A stretch of 64,000 bases of DNA from Eledone cirrhosa (GCA_964016885.1 OZ024750.1:44702001-44766000), one strand, 5' to 3'; numbered from the stretch's first letter, positions 26,561-41,371 are shown. Notes: generated by a model from the letters alone, not told the origin. Program-made: numbers and translations.

Positions 26561-26625
26561 TATTTTGTCTGATGAAAGCACACCATAATTTAACTTGGTG
26601 TCCTTGAAATATGTATAATGAAATA
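26561..26625 (+). ncRNA. Hammerhead ribozyme, family A
   Basis: CTGATGA 26569-26575; stem II AAGCACACCA/TGGTGTCCTT; GAAA 26606-26609; TATGTA-TA; stem I TATTTTGT/ATGAAATA. Confidence 0.7.
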
Positions 26626-26665
26626 AATATGGTTTTATAAATATAGTTTCCATTTGGTAATATCG

Positions 26666-26713
<48 letters not shown>

Positions 26714-27306
26714 TAGTAATAAGCCTATTTATATATGTTTGACACAACTAACAATATGGAGGGTAGTACTAAGTACCAGCCGTTTACCGGTATGACAAAA
26801 GGGTCAATGCAAATTTTTAAGTGTTTTTCAGAGATACAAAGTATTACAACGATCAAATTTTAGTTTAGAACATTTATTTGCGAAACTGAAATTTGATCGT
26901 TGTAACACTTTGTATGTATATATATATATATATATATATATGACACTCTGGTGCGTTATAGTCTACCTGGTTCCTTACCACACTTTCTTTCTTGTATATA
27001 TATGTGTGTGTGTGTGTGTATGCATATATATATGTGTGTGTGTGTTTGTGAGATAGTGTATTGGGTTCCATCGGGTGTAACCACAGTAATTGGAGAACTC
27101 AATTAGAGTATATACTCAAATATTGTATATACAAAATTCAATATAGAAATCGATTTTACGGGACTAGAACTGTTTCATTCGTAAGAAATCTTCAGGAAAG
27201 CCAGATGATTTCTTTCGAAATATATATGTATATATATAAACATATATATATATATATATATATATACAAACTCACACACACACACACAGACACACACATA
27301 TATATG

Positions 27307-27347
<41 letters not shown>

Positions 27348-27867
27348 CTAACTAGCTGCGTTAACGTTTTCCAGAAATTCAGGATGTACCAATATACGGT
27401 TTGACAACTTTATATTTTCAATCTTTGCACATATAACTCTTCAATTTCTCCATCTTCAATAACTACCCAAGGGAGATAACTCACTTCTATAAATATTATT
27501 ATGTAATGTGTAATGACCCTTACAACATTGTAATCCCATTATGTAATCTCACTAAATCTGTATAATATTATACCATATGTGAGCTGTCTATTTTAAAATC
27601 TTTCCTGGTAATTAATTGTTAAGAATAAGCTGAGTGTCTCACAAATTCACATACACACACATACACATGCACACACATACATACATATGTATGTATGTGT
27701 GGTCCTGTAGGGGTGCCGTATTGACATACGGCGTTTCTTGGTCATTTTAAACCTGGCAGAACCTATCCCTCTCCAGGTCTGAGTACAGCAGATTTCTCCC
27801 AAAGAAAGATAGAAAGTAAGAGAAAGAGAGAGGAAATGAGAAAAAGATAGTGTGGAAGAATAAACCA

Positions 27868-28012
27868 CAGTACTAAACTGGTACTTTTTTACCGACGTCG
27901 AAAGGATGAAAGGCAAAGTTGACATCGGTGGGATTAGAACTCAGAGATCAAAGAGCCGAGAAAAATATCATAAAGCATTCTATCTGACTTTCTAACGACT
28001 CTACCAATTCGC
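27868..28012 (-). mobile_element. Diverged SINE family 1 relative
   Basis: AGGATGAAAGGCAAAGTTGAC core and decayed B box. Confidence 0.7.
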
Positions 28013-28754
28013 TGGGTACACACAGATATATGCACCTATAAACACACACAGAGACACATACAAACAAATGCACATAGATACACATTTAATAAAGTTTTTC
28101 TGAAGGTAAAGTTTGTTTCAAGTTCAGAGTGTCATCGGGTCGAAGTTCTTCACAGTTTTATTGATGTTAAGTGACTGAGAGAAGAAAACACCTCCCTCGA
28201 CGGAACAATACTTTATCGCAGATTTCACATGCAGTTGCTTAGTGCAGTGGTTTACAAAGTAGTTTACGCGAAACCCGAGGAATCTGCAAAAGAATATATT
28301 GGGTTCCCTGAAAAAAGGCAGAGGAGTATATTTATATTAAGACCATACAACAGTATTAGACTTTGGAGCTCCACCAAAATGTCTGAACCCAAAAGAGTTC
28401 CACATTTGAAAAAGTGTATTTAGCGTTTCTCTCTTCTTTTTTCATTTTTCACACGAGCTGACAGGAACAAGTTGAAATAGAGCGTTTTATTCAAAGACAC
28501 AACACAGTAGCCGGTACAAGGTTTCAAACACATGATATGAGTGTCATAAACCGAGTATCTTAACCACTGTTCCATTCATGAATGGAACAGCGACATCACA
28601 ACTTACAATTAAGGACAAAATGAAAACACACACACACACATAGAACAAATAACCAACCAGAAACATGTAAATAAACAAATAAATAAACAAATATAAACAC
28701 ACACAGACACCCGGATGTAACACATGCGCAAACTAAGCACAAAACACACACAAA

Positions 28755-29005
28755 AACAAGATGGCGTAGGACAGAACAAAGGAGAGGCACAAAAACAAAG
28801 AAAATAATCTCCAGTCACTGAAGAGGTCACAGAATGTGTGACGAAAGAACTTTGAATATATATGAACAATCGTCTGGTTGTGGAACCAACCAACCAACCG
28901 GAAATTTATAAATTCCTAAATTTATAAATTTAATTTATAATAAATTGAAGTGAAAGCTTGGTGCGTGTGTTACTTATTGGTAACATGACCCTCCCAAAGT
29001 ATAAT
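28755..29005 (+). mobile_element. Family F repeat with hammerhead motif at 28814-28856
   Basis: CTGAAGA 28818-28824; stem II GTCAC/GTGAC; GAAA 28843-28846; copy of 15570-15822. Confidence 0.75.
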
Positions 29006-29235
29006 AATATCGGTTTCAACACACGTTTTCAGATAAAGAATCTAGCTAAATAAATTCAGAAACGAAATGTATATACCTATATATATATATATATACATAT
29101 ATATACATATTCATATATATCATATGTATATGTATATATATATATATGTGTGTGTGTGTGGGTATATATAAATACAATATGTAGAAAGGATAACACACGA
29201 GAAAGAGAGAGAGTGTGTGCTATTAAAAAAATAAC

Positions 29236-29280
<45 letters not shown>

Positions 29281-29488
29281 TACACACACAGGCATATGTA
29301 TATATGTGTGTGTGTATGTGTGTGTGCGATCATGTATATATCTTGAGGTAATATAAATGAAAACAACTCAAAAAAACATCTGCCTAAAAAAGCCAACGCA
29401 CAAATATATATATAAATATACATCGTGTTAAATAACCGCTTTTATATAAAACAAAGAAACAAGTTAAGATTCAGTTATTTCACACACA

Positions 29489-29543
<55 letters not shown>

Positions 29544-30028
29544 TTATACATATATATATATACATATAAATATATACATATATATATATATGTATATATA
29601 TATTTATATACATATATATATATATATATATATACATATGCATATATATATGTATATATTTATATATATATATAAATATAAATATATATACATACATATA
29701 TATATGTATAAATATGTGTGAGTGTGTGCGTGTGTGTATGTGTGTATTTATTTCATTACTTTTCTCAAAATATTTATGTAATTTTTTTTTTCATCATTCG
29801 ATTTTACTAGAATTATTTTCATGAAGAGACCTTTAAATGTGACATAATCGAAGAAAGTTAAAAAATAAATCAGAGTATTGAAAGAAATAGGAAGAACATC
29901 AAGTCAACTGAGGAGAATTGTAGCAGATCACGACTCTACGTTGATAAAACATGCAAACACATAACTACAGGACACAGCTAGATTTTGTGACAAGAATTTC
30001 TATAAACATTACACAACGACAGAAAAAG

Positions 30029-30648
<620 letters not shown>

Positions 30649-30757
30649 ATAGATATATACACACATACGCCAAAACTTGCGTTTACAGATTTATACAAAG
30701 ATATACTTACATTAAATGCGATTTAATCCCACTCTGAATTCTCATATTTTCTCTCTG

Positions 30758-30807
<50 letters not shown>

Positions 30808-31023
30808 GTGTGTGTGTGTGAGTGTGTGTATACACATATATGTGTATTACAAATACGCAAACACGTACACCTATAAAGACATGTATTGCGACATAAATGA
30901 ATGCAAGCCACATTAGCCAAATGTGAACTCGATGGAGGCTACAATACATATATTTAATTACTATCTGTATAACCGTAGCAGGGATGTAATGAACATTAAT
31001 CTGTGTGATAATCAAATATACGT

Positions 31024-31785
31024 ATATACGGGGAGATATCACCATATTCCCGGAACAGACCTAAACAAATCACACTTCCTCTCAATTAAATAATACTTTT
31101 CATGTATGATTTAATTTCGGTGATTACCCTTTTTGAAGTAGTCCCCTTTGAGTATGAAACCAGCTCTTACCGCGAGACATAAACGACTCCAAACACCACG
31201 GGCAACTCTTCCTGAAACTCTGCCATTCCTTATTTAATTTCAGATATCACCCTGTTCGAAGTAGACCCCTTTGGTTATGTACCCAGCTATTACCGCGAGT
31301 CACACACGACTCCAAAGACCACAGAGGTTCTCGTCATTGAAACTCTGCCATTCCTGATTTAATTTCGGATATTACCCTTTTCGAAGTAGACCCCTTTTTC
31401 TATGTACCCAGCTATTACCGCGAGTCACACATGACTCCACATAATACGGGGGAACGGTTCCTGAAATCTCTAGCATTCCGTTTGATTGTAATGTATCGTA
31501 TCGAAGCGATACACTTTCAACCTCATTTTCGTTCGTTTTAAAAGCCCTTGTGAATCCAGAGTAGGATAACATAGGCATGTACATATCTTGTAAAACGCCC
31601 ACCATTTTATTATTTGTCAAAAAGAAGAGTCTTCAGCCGTGACAAGTTACATACTCATTAACATCATACATTTCTGGATCATCCCTGCTTAATCCAGGAT
31701 TGTAGACTAGGTGAAAGTGATTTAGTTACGTACTTTTCTCTTCATTCCTTGCAGCTATAATTTTTCCGGATCGCAACATACGTTT
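31024..31785 (-). mobile_element. Probable non-autonomous mariner relic with ~124-bp unit x 3 (31108-31478)
   Basis: TIR-like TATACGGG...TTCCCGGAA and TTTCCGGATCGCAACATACGT; units translate on minus to KGDYFKKG / KGVYFEQG, like the mariner transposase C-terminus GDYFE. Confidence 0.55.
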
Positions 31786-32029
31786 ATGAAGTTTCAGTTA
31801 AGAGGTAACACCATTCTTCTCATTATCTGAGATTTATCTACTCTAGACCCTGACACCAGATGCAGTTTAAACCATTTGCTAGTAAACCGCCTCTTACAGA
31901 TTTATTTTAAAGTATTCATATCTACCAAAAAATTCCCACCAAAATGTTATCCAACAAAATCTTCCAAACAACTTAATAATGATTTCTAGTAATTTTTTTT
32001 TTTTGGGGGGGGGGGGGGTTGATTAATTC

Positions 32030-32148
32030 GACCGCAGTACGTGACTGGTAAGCGACGCCGTATGGCTGAAAGGCAAAGCTAACCTCGGCCAGATTTGATC
32101 TCAGATCATAAAGGAGTTTAACTCTATGCTGCAAACTATGGCGTCTAA
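32030..32148 (-). mobile_element. Decayed SINE family 1 fragment
   Basis: GAAAGGCAAAGCTAACCTCGGC...AACTCTATGCT. Confidence 0.7.
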
Positions 32149-32647
32149 AAAAGAGAGAGATTGGTATTTTTTCTATCAATCAATTTATATATGTTTACTA
32201 CTGAAAGTGTGTAATATTTGATCTCCAGCTTAAACTTATACGCGCAATTTTCATTTCAATTCATCTCTAATCTATTGTGTTTTGAATAGTATTTATTTCC
32301 AATGCTTCTCGAATAATTTCTTCTTTCAGTTAAATTATATTCTTATGTTTATAATATTTAGATATCATTCACGTAGAAAATATATATTCTCATTTACCAT
32401 TTTATTGAAGCCAGGTCTGTATATTCATGTATTAAAACATTCCATTCTTTGAAGCAAAAACAATTAAAAGGTTATACAATACACGTATATATCTGTTCTT
32501 AAACATATATATATATATATTTATAATATTTCATGTATATATATATATAAATAATTATATACAATAATATATTTATATTTCAATATCTCTCTCTCTCTTC
32601 TCTTTCTACACAGACACGCACGCACGCACGCACGCACACACACACGC

Positions 32648-32694
<47 letters not shown>

Positions 32695-33224
32695 ATTTAC
32701 AGAACTTGACAACAATACTTTCGTCTAAATATTTACCATTATAATAGGCGTAGCCGTTTCTATGGCAACATCTTTTGCCAAATAATGTCTTTGAAAGCTT
32801 AAGACGATAATTAACATTCCATATATTTTTACCTGATAAATAAATGCAGCGCACAACATCTTTTGTATTGAAACAAACATTCGGTCAATCTCAAATCTTA
32901 ACGTGCATGTCCAATACCTTTTGTCTTGTATATTCGGAGTTTTTCTTGTACAACATACGTGCTTGTTGATTAAACAATATAAAGCTTGAGAATTACATTA
33001 TTTCACTGCTAAGATATTACATATGATATATAATTGTTAAGACATCAATATAATGATCAGCCTAACTCTGGCTGCTTTGATCTCACAACATAAACAAGAT
33101 TCAAATTGTTTCCGTAATTATATGTGTCGTTATAGATTTCTGACTTTCAATCAACGAATCCCTTTATAGATAGTTTTCACAAATTTGTATATATACACAC
33201 ATCAATAAACTTCCACACGCAACG

Positions 33225-33284
<60 letters not shown>

Positions 33285-33488
33285 TCACACATACATACAC
33301 GCACACACAGACATTCACACACACACGTACACACTAGAGAACATAGAGCTACATACAGAGATACAGCCATACGCCTGCATAAAACACTTACACACAAATA
33401 CACACATACACCGACATCTGATGAAACTACCTCCCTCTTTCTTTCTTTTTCTCTCTATCTCTATCTCTCTCTGTCTCTCACTCTCTCT

Positions 33489-33554
<66 letters not shown>

Positions 33555-34139
33555 AGAGAGAGAGAGAGAGGGGGAGAGAGAGAGACGTACATAAATGTAG
33601 GTGTAGACACACTTGTATATATAGTTGTTTCCGTCTATGTGCATATATATATATATTGTCTACAACAGATTTCAATTATACCCCCCCCCCCCCACACACG
33701 CACACATAAATATATATACATCTCTATGTGTCCTTAAACAGTACACACATATATTTATTTTTCATATGCAATAGAGTTCTTAGCACGAGGCTTGAATTCT
33801 TGTTAGAGTTCGATGACCTGCGTGTGTATTATTTTTCACTGTAGCCTCCTCCGCCATTTTGGGGGACAATGCGAGATTTTCTTACAGCTGCTGGACTTAC
33901 AACTTAGCAGCTCGAACTAGCACTGATGGTGATTATCGCTAAATATTGATGTTGATTTAGTTATTAATATTAATAGTACTTGGGCACCCACTGAAGATTT
34001 GTAAGAACCCACTTGGATAAGAATCCATCGAACTTACACAAGTTTCTACATCACTTGGTACAATTTCACCCATAATGTAGAAATCTTATAATGAAACGAT
34101 TCGTTTGGAAAATTAGATCTTTAATATATCTCATCTACA

Positions 34140-34317
34140 ATAATTGTTTCTACTTTTGGCACAAGGCCACAATTACCCAGTACATTACTGGTACTTTATT
34201 TTATCGACCCCGTAAGGATGAAAAGCAAAGTTTACCTCGGCGGGATTTGAACTCAGAATGGCACGGGCGTCATAGCATGGTATCAGACCCGCTACCGATA
34301 CTGCTTATCCACCGCCC
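34140..34317 (-). mobile_element. SINE family 1
   Basis: Core, boxes and both ends; small internal deletion. Confidence 0.87.
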
Positions 34318-34486
34318 TAAATCTCATATACAATAATACAGCCAATTATCCACACAATACAATATAGTTTGCACTCCAAATGTTCAATTGGGAATATACT
34401 CCGCTATTTCCTAATGTTTGTGGAGTGAGTTGGAAATTGGTCGGAGTATCGCTAATAGCTTTCTCCGTTTATGTTATTATATATAC

Positions 34487-34613
<127 letters not shown>

Positions 34614-34619
34614 TGTATA

Positions 34620-34688
<69 letters not shown>

Positions 34689-34797
34689 TACTGGTAATAA
34701 GATAGTAATAAATTACTGTCTTTCACTATTTAGGGTATAATATATATATAACTATAAAAGGTTTTAGTATATACATAACCATAAATAGTATCCTTAA

Positions 34798-34851
<54 letters not shown>

Positions 34852-34853
<2 letters not shown>

Positions 34854-35041
34854 CGAAGGAAATGTGGTAGGGAACCAGGTGGACAATAACGCACCAAAGT
34901 ACTCAATACTTAGGGTTGTAGAGTGGGTAATAGGAACAAGTAAGACCCCGACGGCTGAGCTCAAGCCGTTTCGACGGCTAATTCTGTACTAGAATTAGCC
35001 GTCGAAACGGCTTGAGCTCAGCCGTCGGGGTCTTACTTGTT

Positions 35042-35046
<5 letters not shown>
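34852..35046 (-). mobile_element. Family B element ending in a perfect 56-bp-arm palindrome (34930-35046), inside (TA)n
   Basis: Arms 34930-34985 and 34991-35046 are exact reverse complements; body matches 10470-10603. Confidence 0.85.
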
Positions 35047-35079
<33 letters not shown>

Positions 35080-35449
35080 GTATATGTGTGTACTTCTGTG
35101 CGTGCGTATGTATAAATATGAGTTTGATTACAATAGCCTTGTGATTTATACATATACGGTTTTGAATATTCACACACATACAGAGTATAGGGAAATAGAG
35201 TCCCCCCCCCCCCGCCAACACAGATATACACAGAAACACATACAACATACATGTATTTACATGTATGTTGTATAGATACGCAAATAAATATATATATACA
35301 CACACCCAGTAGATATTGTGGAAGCAGCATGGCCGAATGTTTAGACAGTATCTTTCGTAATCATTAGGTCCTTGGTTCCCAAAACGAGGATGTAGATTAT
35401 GGAACACCCAAATGATTTAGAAGTCGACCTTAAGTAGGAGCAATATCAT

Positions 35450-35790
35450 TAAGAAAGACATGAAGGACTCCACAACACTTAGTTTTGAAAATGTAGAAAA
35501 TAGGTTATAAGTATGAATTTCACAAGGTTTTCGTAGTTATCTCTGTGGCCTAGCGGTAGGTACTAGCGACGGTGGAGGTCCTGGTCTTGGGTTCAATCCT
35601 AGCTTATATAATCTTCTTTCAGTTTTAATTTTAAAACCAATAGAAAAAAATCTAAAAAAGTTTACCCGAAAAACTAATCCCGACTAAGATCGAACTGAGA
35701 CAGCTACAAAAGGATAATGAAAATATATAATTATAAACCTACTTTCAAAATCAAAGTTAAAAAGGTGTGGTGTCATTCATGGCTTTCCTA
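35450..35790. mobile_element. Decayed fold-back/MITE-like element containing tRNA-type promoter boxes
   Basis: 35450-35510 is an imperfect inverted repeat of 35730-35790; TGGCCTAGCGG and GGTTCAATCC at 35546-35600. Confidence 0.45.
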
Positions 35791-35802
35791 GAGCTATTAT
35801 AA

Positions 35803-35993
35803 GGGCGGTGGATTGGCAGTATCGGTAGAGGATCGGACGCCATGCTTTCCAGCATAGTTACGTCCCTTTACGATTTGAGTTCAAATCCCGGCGAGGTTGA
35901 CTTTGCCTTTCATCCTTACGGGGTCGATAAAATAAAGTACCAGTAATGCACTGGGTAATTGCTGGCCTTGTGCCTAAAGTAGAAACAATTATT
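35803..35993 (+). mobile_element. SINE family 1, full length
   Basis: GGGCGGTGGATTGGCAGTATCGG...GAGTTCAAATCC...core...AGAAACAATTATT. Confidence 0.9.
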
Positions 35994-36092
35994 CATATTT
36001 AGAATTGGCTTGTCAATTGGCTCTTTGGTAAAACCTTATTATTCCTGTGTGTTTAACTGTTGAATTAATTCATATCAATCACACATTTTCCA

Positions 36093-38328
36093 TATTATTA
36101 TTATTGATCTTTGAGTCTCAGTCATTAATGTTATTTAACTAGAAAGTTTGTTGAAATGAATATCAAGCTTGTACCTGCAGCCTCAAATATTCAGGACGTA
36201 TCGGAGAGTTCTTGCTGTTCCCAGCAAGCATGCCTTTTGAAGTGTTCCAAAAAGCCGGGGCTGGACTAATCTTCTTTAACCATCCTTGGAAACTCTTTGA
36301 GATAGTACCTAGTGCGCCTATAACAATCGGGACGACCTTGATTTCATGGCAGTTCCAAATCCTTTTTAACTCCCACTTTAAATCCTGGTATCGGTTAATT
36401 TTTTCACTCTCCTTTTCTTGCACTCTCGTGTCAAATGGGCAGGCTACATCTACAATCAGGCACGATCTTTTTTCCTTGTCAAAAACCACCAGGTCAGGCC
36501 TATTGTGTTCTAATTTCTTGTCCTCTGTATCCTAAAATCCCATAGCACCTTCACCTGATCGTTTTCTATCACCGACTCTGTCTTATGCTCATACCACTTC
36601 TCAGACTGTGGTAAATTGTTTACTTTGCATAGGTGCCAGTGGATCGCCTTGCCCATCACATCATGTCTCCAACCTTTATAGTGAGTCTGGGCTAGGTGTT
36701 TACACTCGGATACAATGTGAGTCACAGTCTCCTCTCTCTCTCCACAGATCATACACAGTGAGCTAAACTCCTCTTCTAAATATGGTGTTTCAGCCACTTC
36801 GTTCTGAGGGCCTGCTCTTGCGCAGCCATTAGCATTCCTTCTGTAGCCTTTTTAAGGTCTCCTCTTTTAAACCAGTTCCATGTCTGTGGATCTCTAAATT
36901 CAGTTTTCTTAAAGAAGGTACTATGAAGGGATTTTTCATGAAGGTTGCTCTTCCTCCTTGTTATTTCCTCATTGGTCATACCCTGGTCAATTGTCTTCTC
37001 CTTCAGTACAATTTTGAGCATTGGCTCCCTACTGTCAGTCACGTATTTGTGCAGGTTGTTTTTTCTCCATCTGAACACAGTCCTCAATGCTGATAAGACC
37101 TCTTCACCTTCAGATCTTTTTAAGTAGAGTCTATCGACATCACTCCTCTTATGGAACATGTTGTAAATAGTCAATAGCTTCCTAGTCTTCCTATCCATTT
37201 CTTTTTGTTCAGCAACATTCCATTTCAGAATTCCGCACTGTACCTAATAATAGACACAGCTCGGGGGTCCACTGCACTTGACATTCCTACTATTAGATAT
37301 GATTTTAATACGCTCCTTGCTCTCCTAATGTACTCAGACCTTATCAATTCCTTCATTTCTTTTGTTTTTGATGTCATCTGCCTCCAGAACACCTAAATAT
37401 TTGTATCCTTTTTCAGTGTCAATTTCCTTTATCATCTAACCTGTTGGTACCTGGATTCCGTTTGCTTCTGCTCAATTAATCCCTCTTCATCACTAGGACT
37501 CCACACTCATTAATACCAAATTGCATACATATATCATTGCTGAAAATACGGACAGTGTCAACAAGTGCATCCAACTCCTTCTCACTCTACCCTCGTCCAT
37601 GAAGAGGAGGTGGTTGATGGTAAGCTCTTCTTTTCCAAACTTGTATCCTGCTCTCACTTTTCGCAATATAATGGTCAGGCGTATCATGGCAAGGACAAAT
37701 AGCAGAGGGGACAAACTATCTCCCTGGAAGATACCTCTCTTGATCTTCACGCCTCCCAGGGATTCTCCACCCGATGTTAACTCTGTTTTCCAGGACTTCA
37801 TACTTTTGCTCAACAACTGTCTGATGTTATCTGCCACATTGAAGATCTCTAGGCTTTTGGTTATCCAAGAATAAGGTACCATGTCGAATGCCTTTTTGTA
37901 ATCTATCCATCCCATGGCAAGACCAGTGTGTCTCCTCTTGCAATTCCTCATTACCATCTTATCAATAAGTAACTGGTCCTTTGTACCACGTGACTTCTTT
38001 CGGCATCCTTTCTGTTCGTCCGGTAACAAGTTGTTTATGTGTAGGTGATGGTAGATTTCCTCAGACACAATGCTTATTAACAGTTTTCACATTACGGACA
38101 GACATGTGATAGGTCTATAGTTGGTAACATCATTACCCTTGATTCGGTCTTTCATTACGAGAACTGTGGTACCTTTTGTCAACCACCCTGGTACCTCACC
38201 CGACATCAAGCAGTCGTTGAACATGGTTGTCAGTTTCGGGTGGAGGGATGTTATATCTTTAATCCAATACCCCTGCACACCATCTGCGTCTGGTGATTTA
38301 CAGTTGGTTAGTTTTTGGGCCTGCCCTT
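36093..38328 (-). mobile_element. 5'-truncated, frameshifted R4/Dong-like LINE (RT, CCHC, restriction-like endonuclease)
   Basis: [41 protein letters not shown]; CMICGEREETVTHIVSEC; RPDLVVFD..CLIVDVACP..EKINRY..PIVIGALG; (TAA)n at 3' end (36093-36106). Confidence 0.88.
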
Positions 38329-38695
38329 TAAGAGTCAACGGCCCTCCGAAAGTGTGTAAATATGTATATAGACATGTACTGCGCGGTTAAACCAATGAGA
38401 GTGAAGGACCCCTAACCTTTGTCAGGGCCTTCTTCTAGGAGAATGCAACTCAGGAAACTGGGATAACTCCGATATAAAACCTGCGACTCAGTAGTTACTG
38501 ATGATGTTGATCTTTTCTTCTTTTCGGCTTATAGCTACTGTCGCTCAGAGAGTGGGATTGGCTCAGTGCACAGTCTTTCCTCACTTTACAAAATATCTTC
38601 ACCCACAGGCATTGCACGATAGAATTAATTGATAATTATTAATAATGGTATATCGTGCAATGGCCATACTCGATAACGAGGGGCAGCCATCATTC
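38329..38695 (+). mobile_element. Short bipartite RTE-like non-autonomous element (partial)
   Basis: 38329-38490 is homologous to 55826-55932 (minus); 3' motif CCATACTCGATAACGAG matches CCGTACTCGAAAACGAG at 55504-55520 (minus). Confidence 0.6.
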
Positions 38696-39049
38696 ATGTA
38701 TATATGTATGTATGTTTGTATATATGTATCTATGTATATATGAATATATGTATATATGTATGTATATCTGTATATATGAATATATGTCTGAATATATGTA
38801 TATATATATATATATATATGAACGTATTTATGTAGGTATATATGTAGGTATGTATATATATATAAGAATTAAAATACTAGAGTGTGTTGGAGTTAACACC
38901 CTCTTCGTATTATGGTTCAAAATGTTATTCACTTCCTTAGCAATTTTTACTTGATAATTTTTACCCGATAATTTTCTATGCTTTAATGTATGTACACTCC
39001 ATATTCTTCTGAGTTTTGGGCCTGTATTGGCCGATAGTGCTTCTTATAG

Positions 39050-39104
39050 CTTTAATTGTCCTGATGAGTCCTTAATAGGACGAAACATTGTTGGCTAATA
39101 AAGA
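39050..39104 (+). ncRNA. Hammerhead ribozyme motif (family H)
   Basis: CTGATGA 39061-39067, stem II GTCC-TTAATA-GGAC, GAAAC-ATT-GTT; imperfect stem I CTTTAATTGTC/GGCTAATAAAG. Confidence 0.72.
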
Positions 39105-39493
39105 CTTTTGATGTATTGAAGGTTTCTTTGGTTTATTTTCATAATGTATATATATATATGTAGGTATGTATGCATGAATGTATGTATTTATGTATGTGTG
39201 TATGTATGCATCAATGTATCAACATTTGTTTGTATCTATGTATGTATGTTTGTATGTGTGTATGCAGTTGGTTGATATTTATGTGAGTTGATACACGTTT
39301 GTAAGAAATTCTAAAATTGTTTTTTTCTGTGTGAATCTTAAGGTTTCATAATACAGACATAATGGTGGGTGTTGAGAAATGGGTAAGTGACGGTGCTGGA
39401 GAGAGAGATTGATAGATAGATAGAGAGAGATAGAGAGAGATAGAGGGATAGATAGAGAGATAGATAGATAGATAGAGAGGTAGATAGATATAA

Positions 39494-39524
<31 letters not shown>

Positions 39525-39564
39525 TAAATAGATAGAGAGATAGATAGATAGATAGATAGAAGAT

Positions 39565-39658
<94 letters not shown>

Positions 39659-39904
39659 ATAAATGTTAATGTGGGAGGGAATGACGATGATGATGAGAAT
39701 TATATGAGAAATTCAATGTGATGAAATAAAAAGAAGAGCAAACAAAAGTGAGATTGAAAAGCCGGAGATGTGAAGATTGGAGGACATTCCGAGACTTGAG
39801 GGCTCGCTCTACTAAGTGCCCCTCAAACTTAATGGCCATAACATACACTTAATTACTAGTTTCACGTATCTAATCAATTTTATGCTTCCCGCACAGAACA
39901 ACGC

Positions 39905-40790
39905 TGGTGGTGGTGGTGGAGTATAGTCGTTGTGGTGGTGGTTGTGGTGGTAGTTGTGGTGGTGGTTGTGGTGGTGATGGTGGAGATAGTGTTGAAGGTG
40001 GTGGTTGTGGTGGTGGTTGTGGTGGTGGTTGTGGTGGTCGTGTGGTGGAGATAGTGCTGAAGGTGGTGGTTGTGGTGGTGGATGTGGTGGTGGTGGTGGT
40101 GGTGGTGGTGGAGATAGTGCTGAAGGTGGTGGTTGTGGTGGTGGAGTTAGTGCTGAAGGTGGTGGTTGTGGTGGTGGTTGTGGTGGTGGATGTGGTTGTG
40201 GTGGTGGTGGAGATAGTGCTGAAGGTGGTGGTGGTGGTTGTGGTGGTGGATGTGGTGGTGGTGGTGGTGGTGGTGGAGATAGTGCTGAAGGTGTTCGTTG
40301 ATGCGGTGGTGGTTGTGGTGCTTGTGGTGGTGGTTGTGGTGCTTGTGGTGGTGGTTGTGGTGATTGTGGTGGTGGTTGTGGTGGTGGAGGTGTTTGGTGG
40401 ATGTGGTGGTGGTGGTGGTGGTTGAGGTGGTGATGGTGGTGGTTGTAGTGGTGTTAGTGCTGAAAGTGGTGGTGACGGTGGCGGTGATGTTGTTGTTGGT
40501 GGTAGTTGTAGTGACGGTGGTGGTGATGATAGTGGTGGTGATGTTGGTGGTAGTTGTAGTGACGGTGGTGGTGATGGTAGTGGTGGTGATGTTGGTGGTA
40601 GTTGTAGTGAAGGTGGTGGTGATGATAGTGGTGGTGGTGGTGGTGGTAGTTGTAGTGACGGTGGTGGTGATGGTAGTGGTGGTGATGTTGGTGGTAGATG
40701 TAGTGAAGGTGGTGGTGATGATAGTGGTGGTGGTGGTGGTGGTGGTGGTGGTGTGATGTTGGTGTTATTGGTGGTGAAGGTGGTGGTGAC
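39905..40790. repeat. GGT-rich minisatellite
   Basis: GGAGATAGTGCTGAAGGTGGTGG and GTAGTTGTAGTGACGGTGG units. Confidence 0.9.
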
Positions 40791-40883
40791 GGGAGGTATT
40801 GTAGATGGTTTGAGATAAAGGAGGGGCCGGAAAAGTGGGGCGGAGTGCAGCACAAACTGATAATGTGCAACTGTGCGTGTGTT

Positions 40884-40970
<87 letters not shown>

Positions 40971-41015
40971 GCATATATATAGAGAGATAGATAGATAGAT
41001 ATATACATATGTGTG

Positions 41016-41046
<31 letters not shown>

Positions 41047-41105
41047 TCACGTATTTGTTGATGCTTGTGTTTTTATACATATATACATATATATATATGT
41101 ATATG

Positions 41106-41168
<63 letters not shown>

Positions 41169-41171
41169 CTA

Positions 41172-41204
<33 letters not shown>

Positions 41205-41252
41205 TTATACATATATATATATATATTTATACATATATATATATATATATTT

Positions 41253-41371
<119 letters not shown>

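Noticed and set aside
35540-35605. Possible tRNA gene (also the SINE heads)
   Set aside because: A and B boxes only; no cloverleaf
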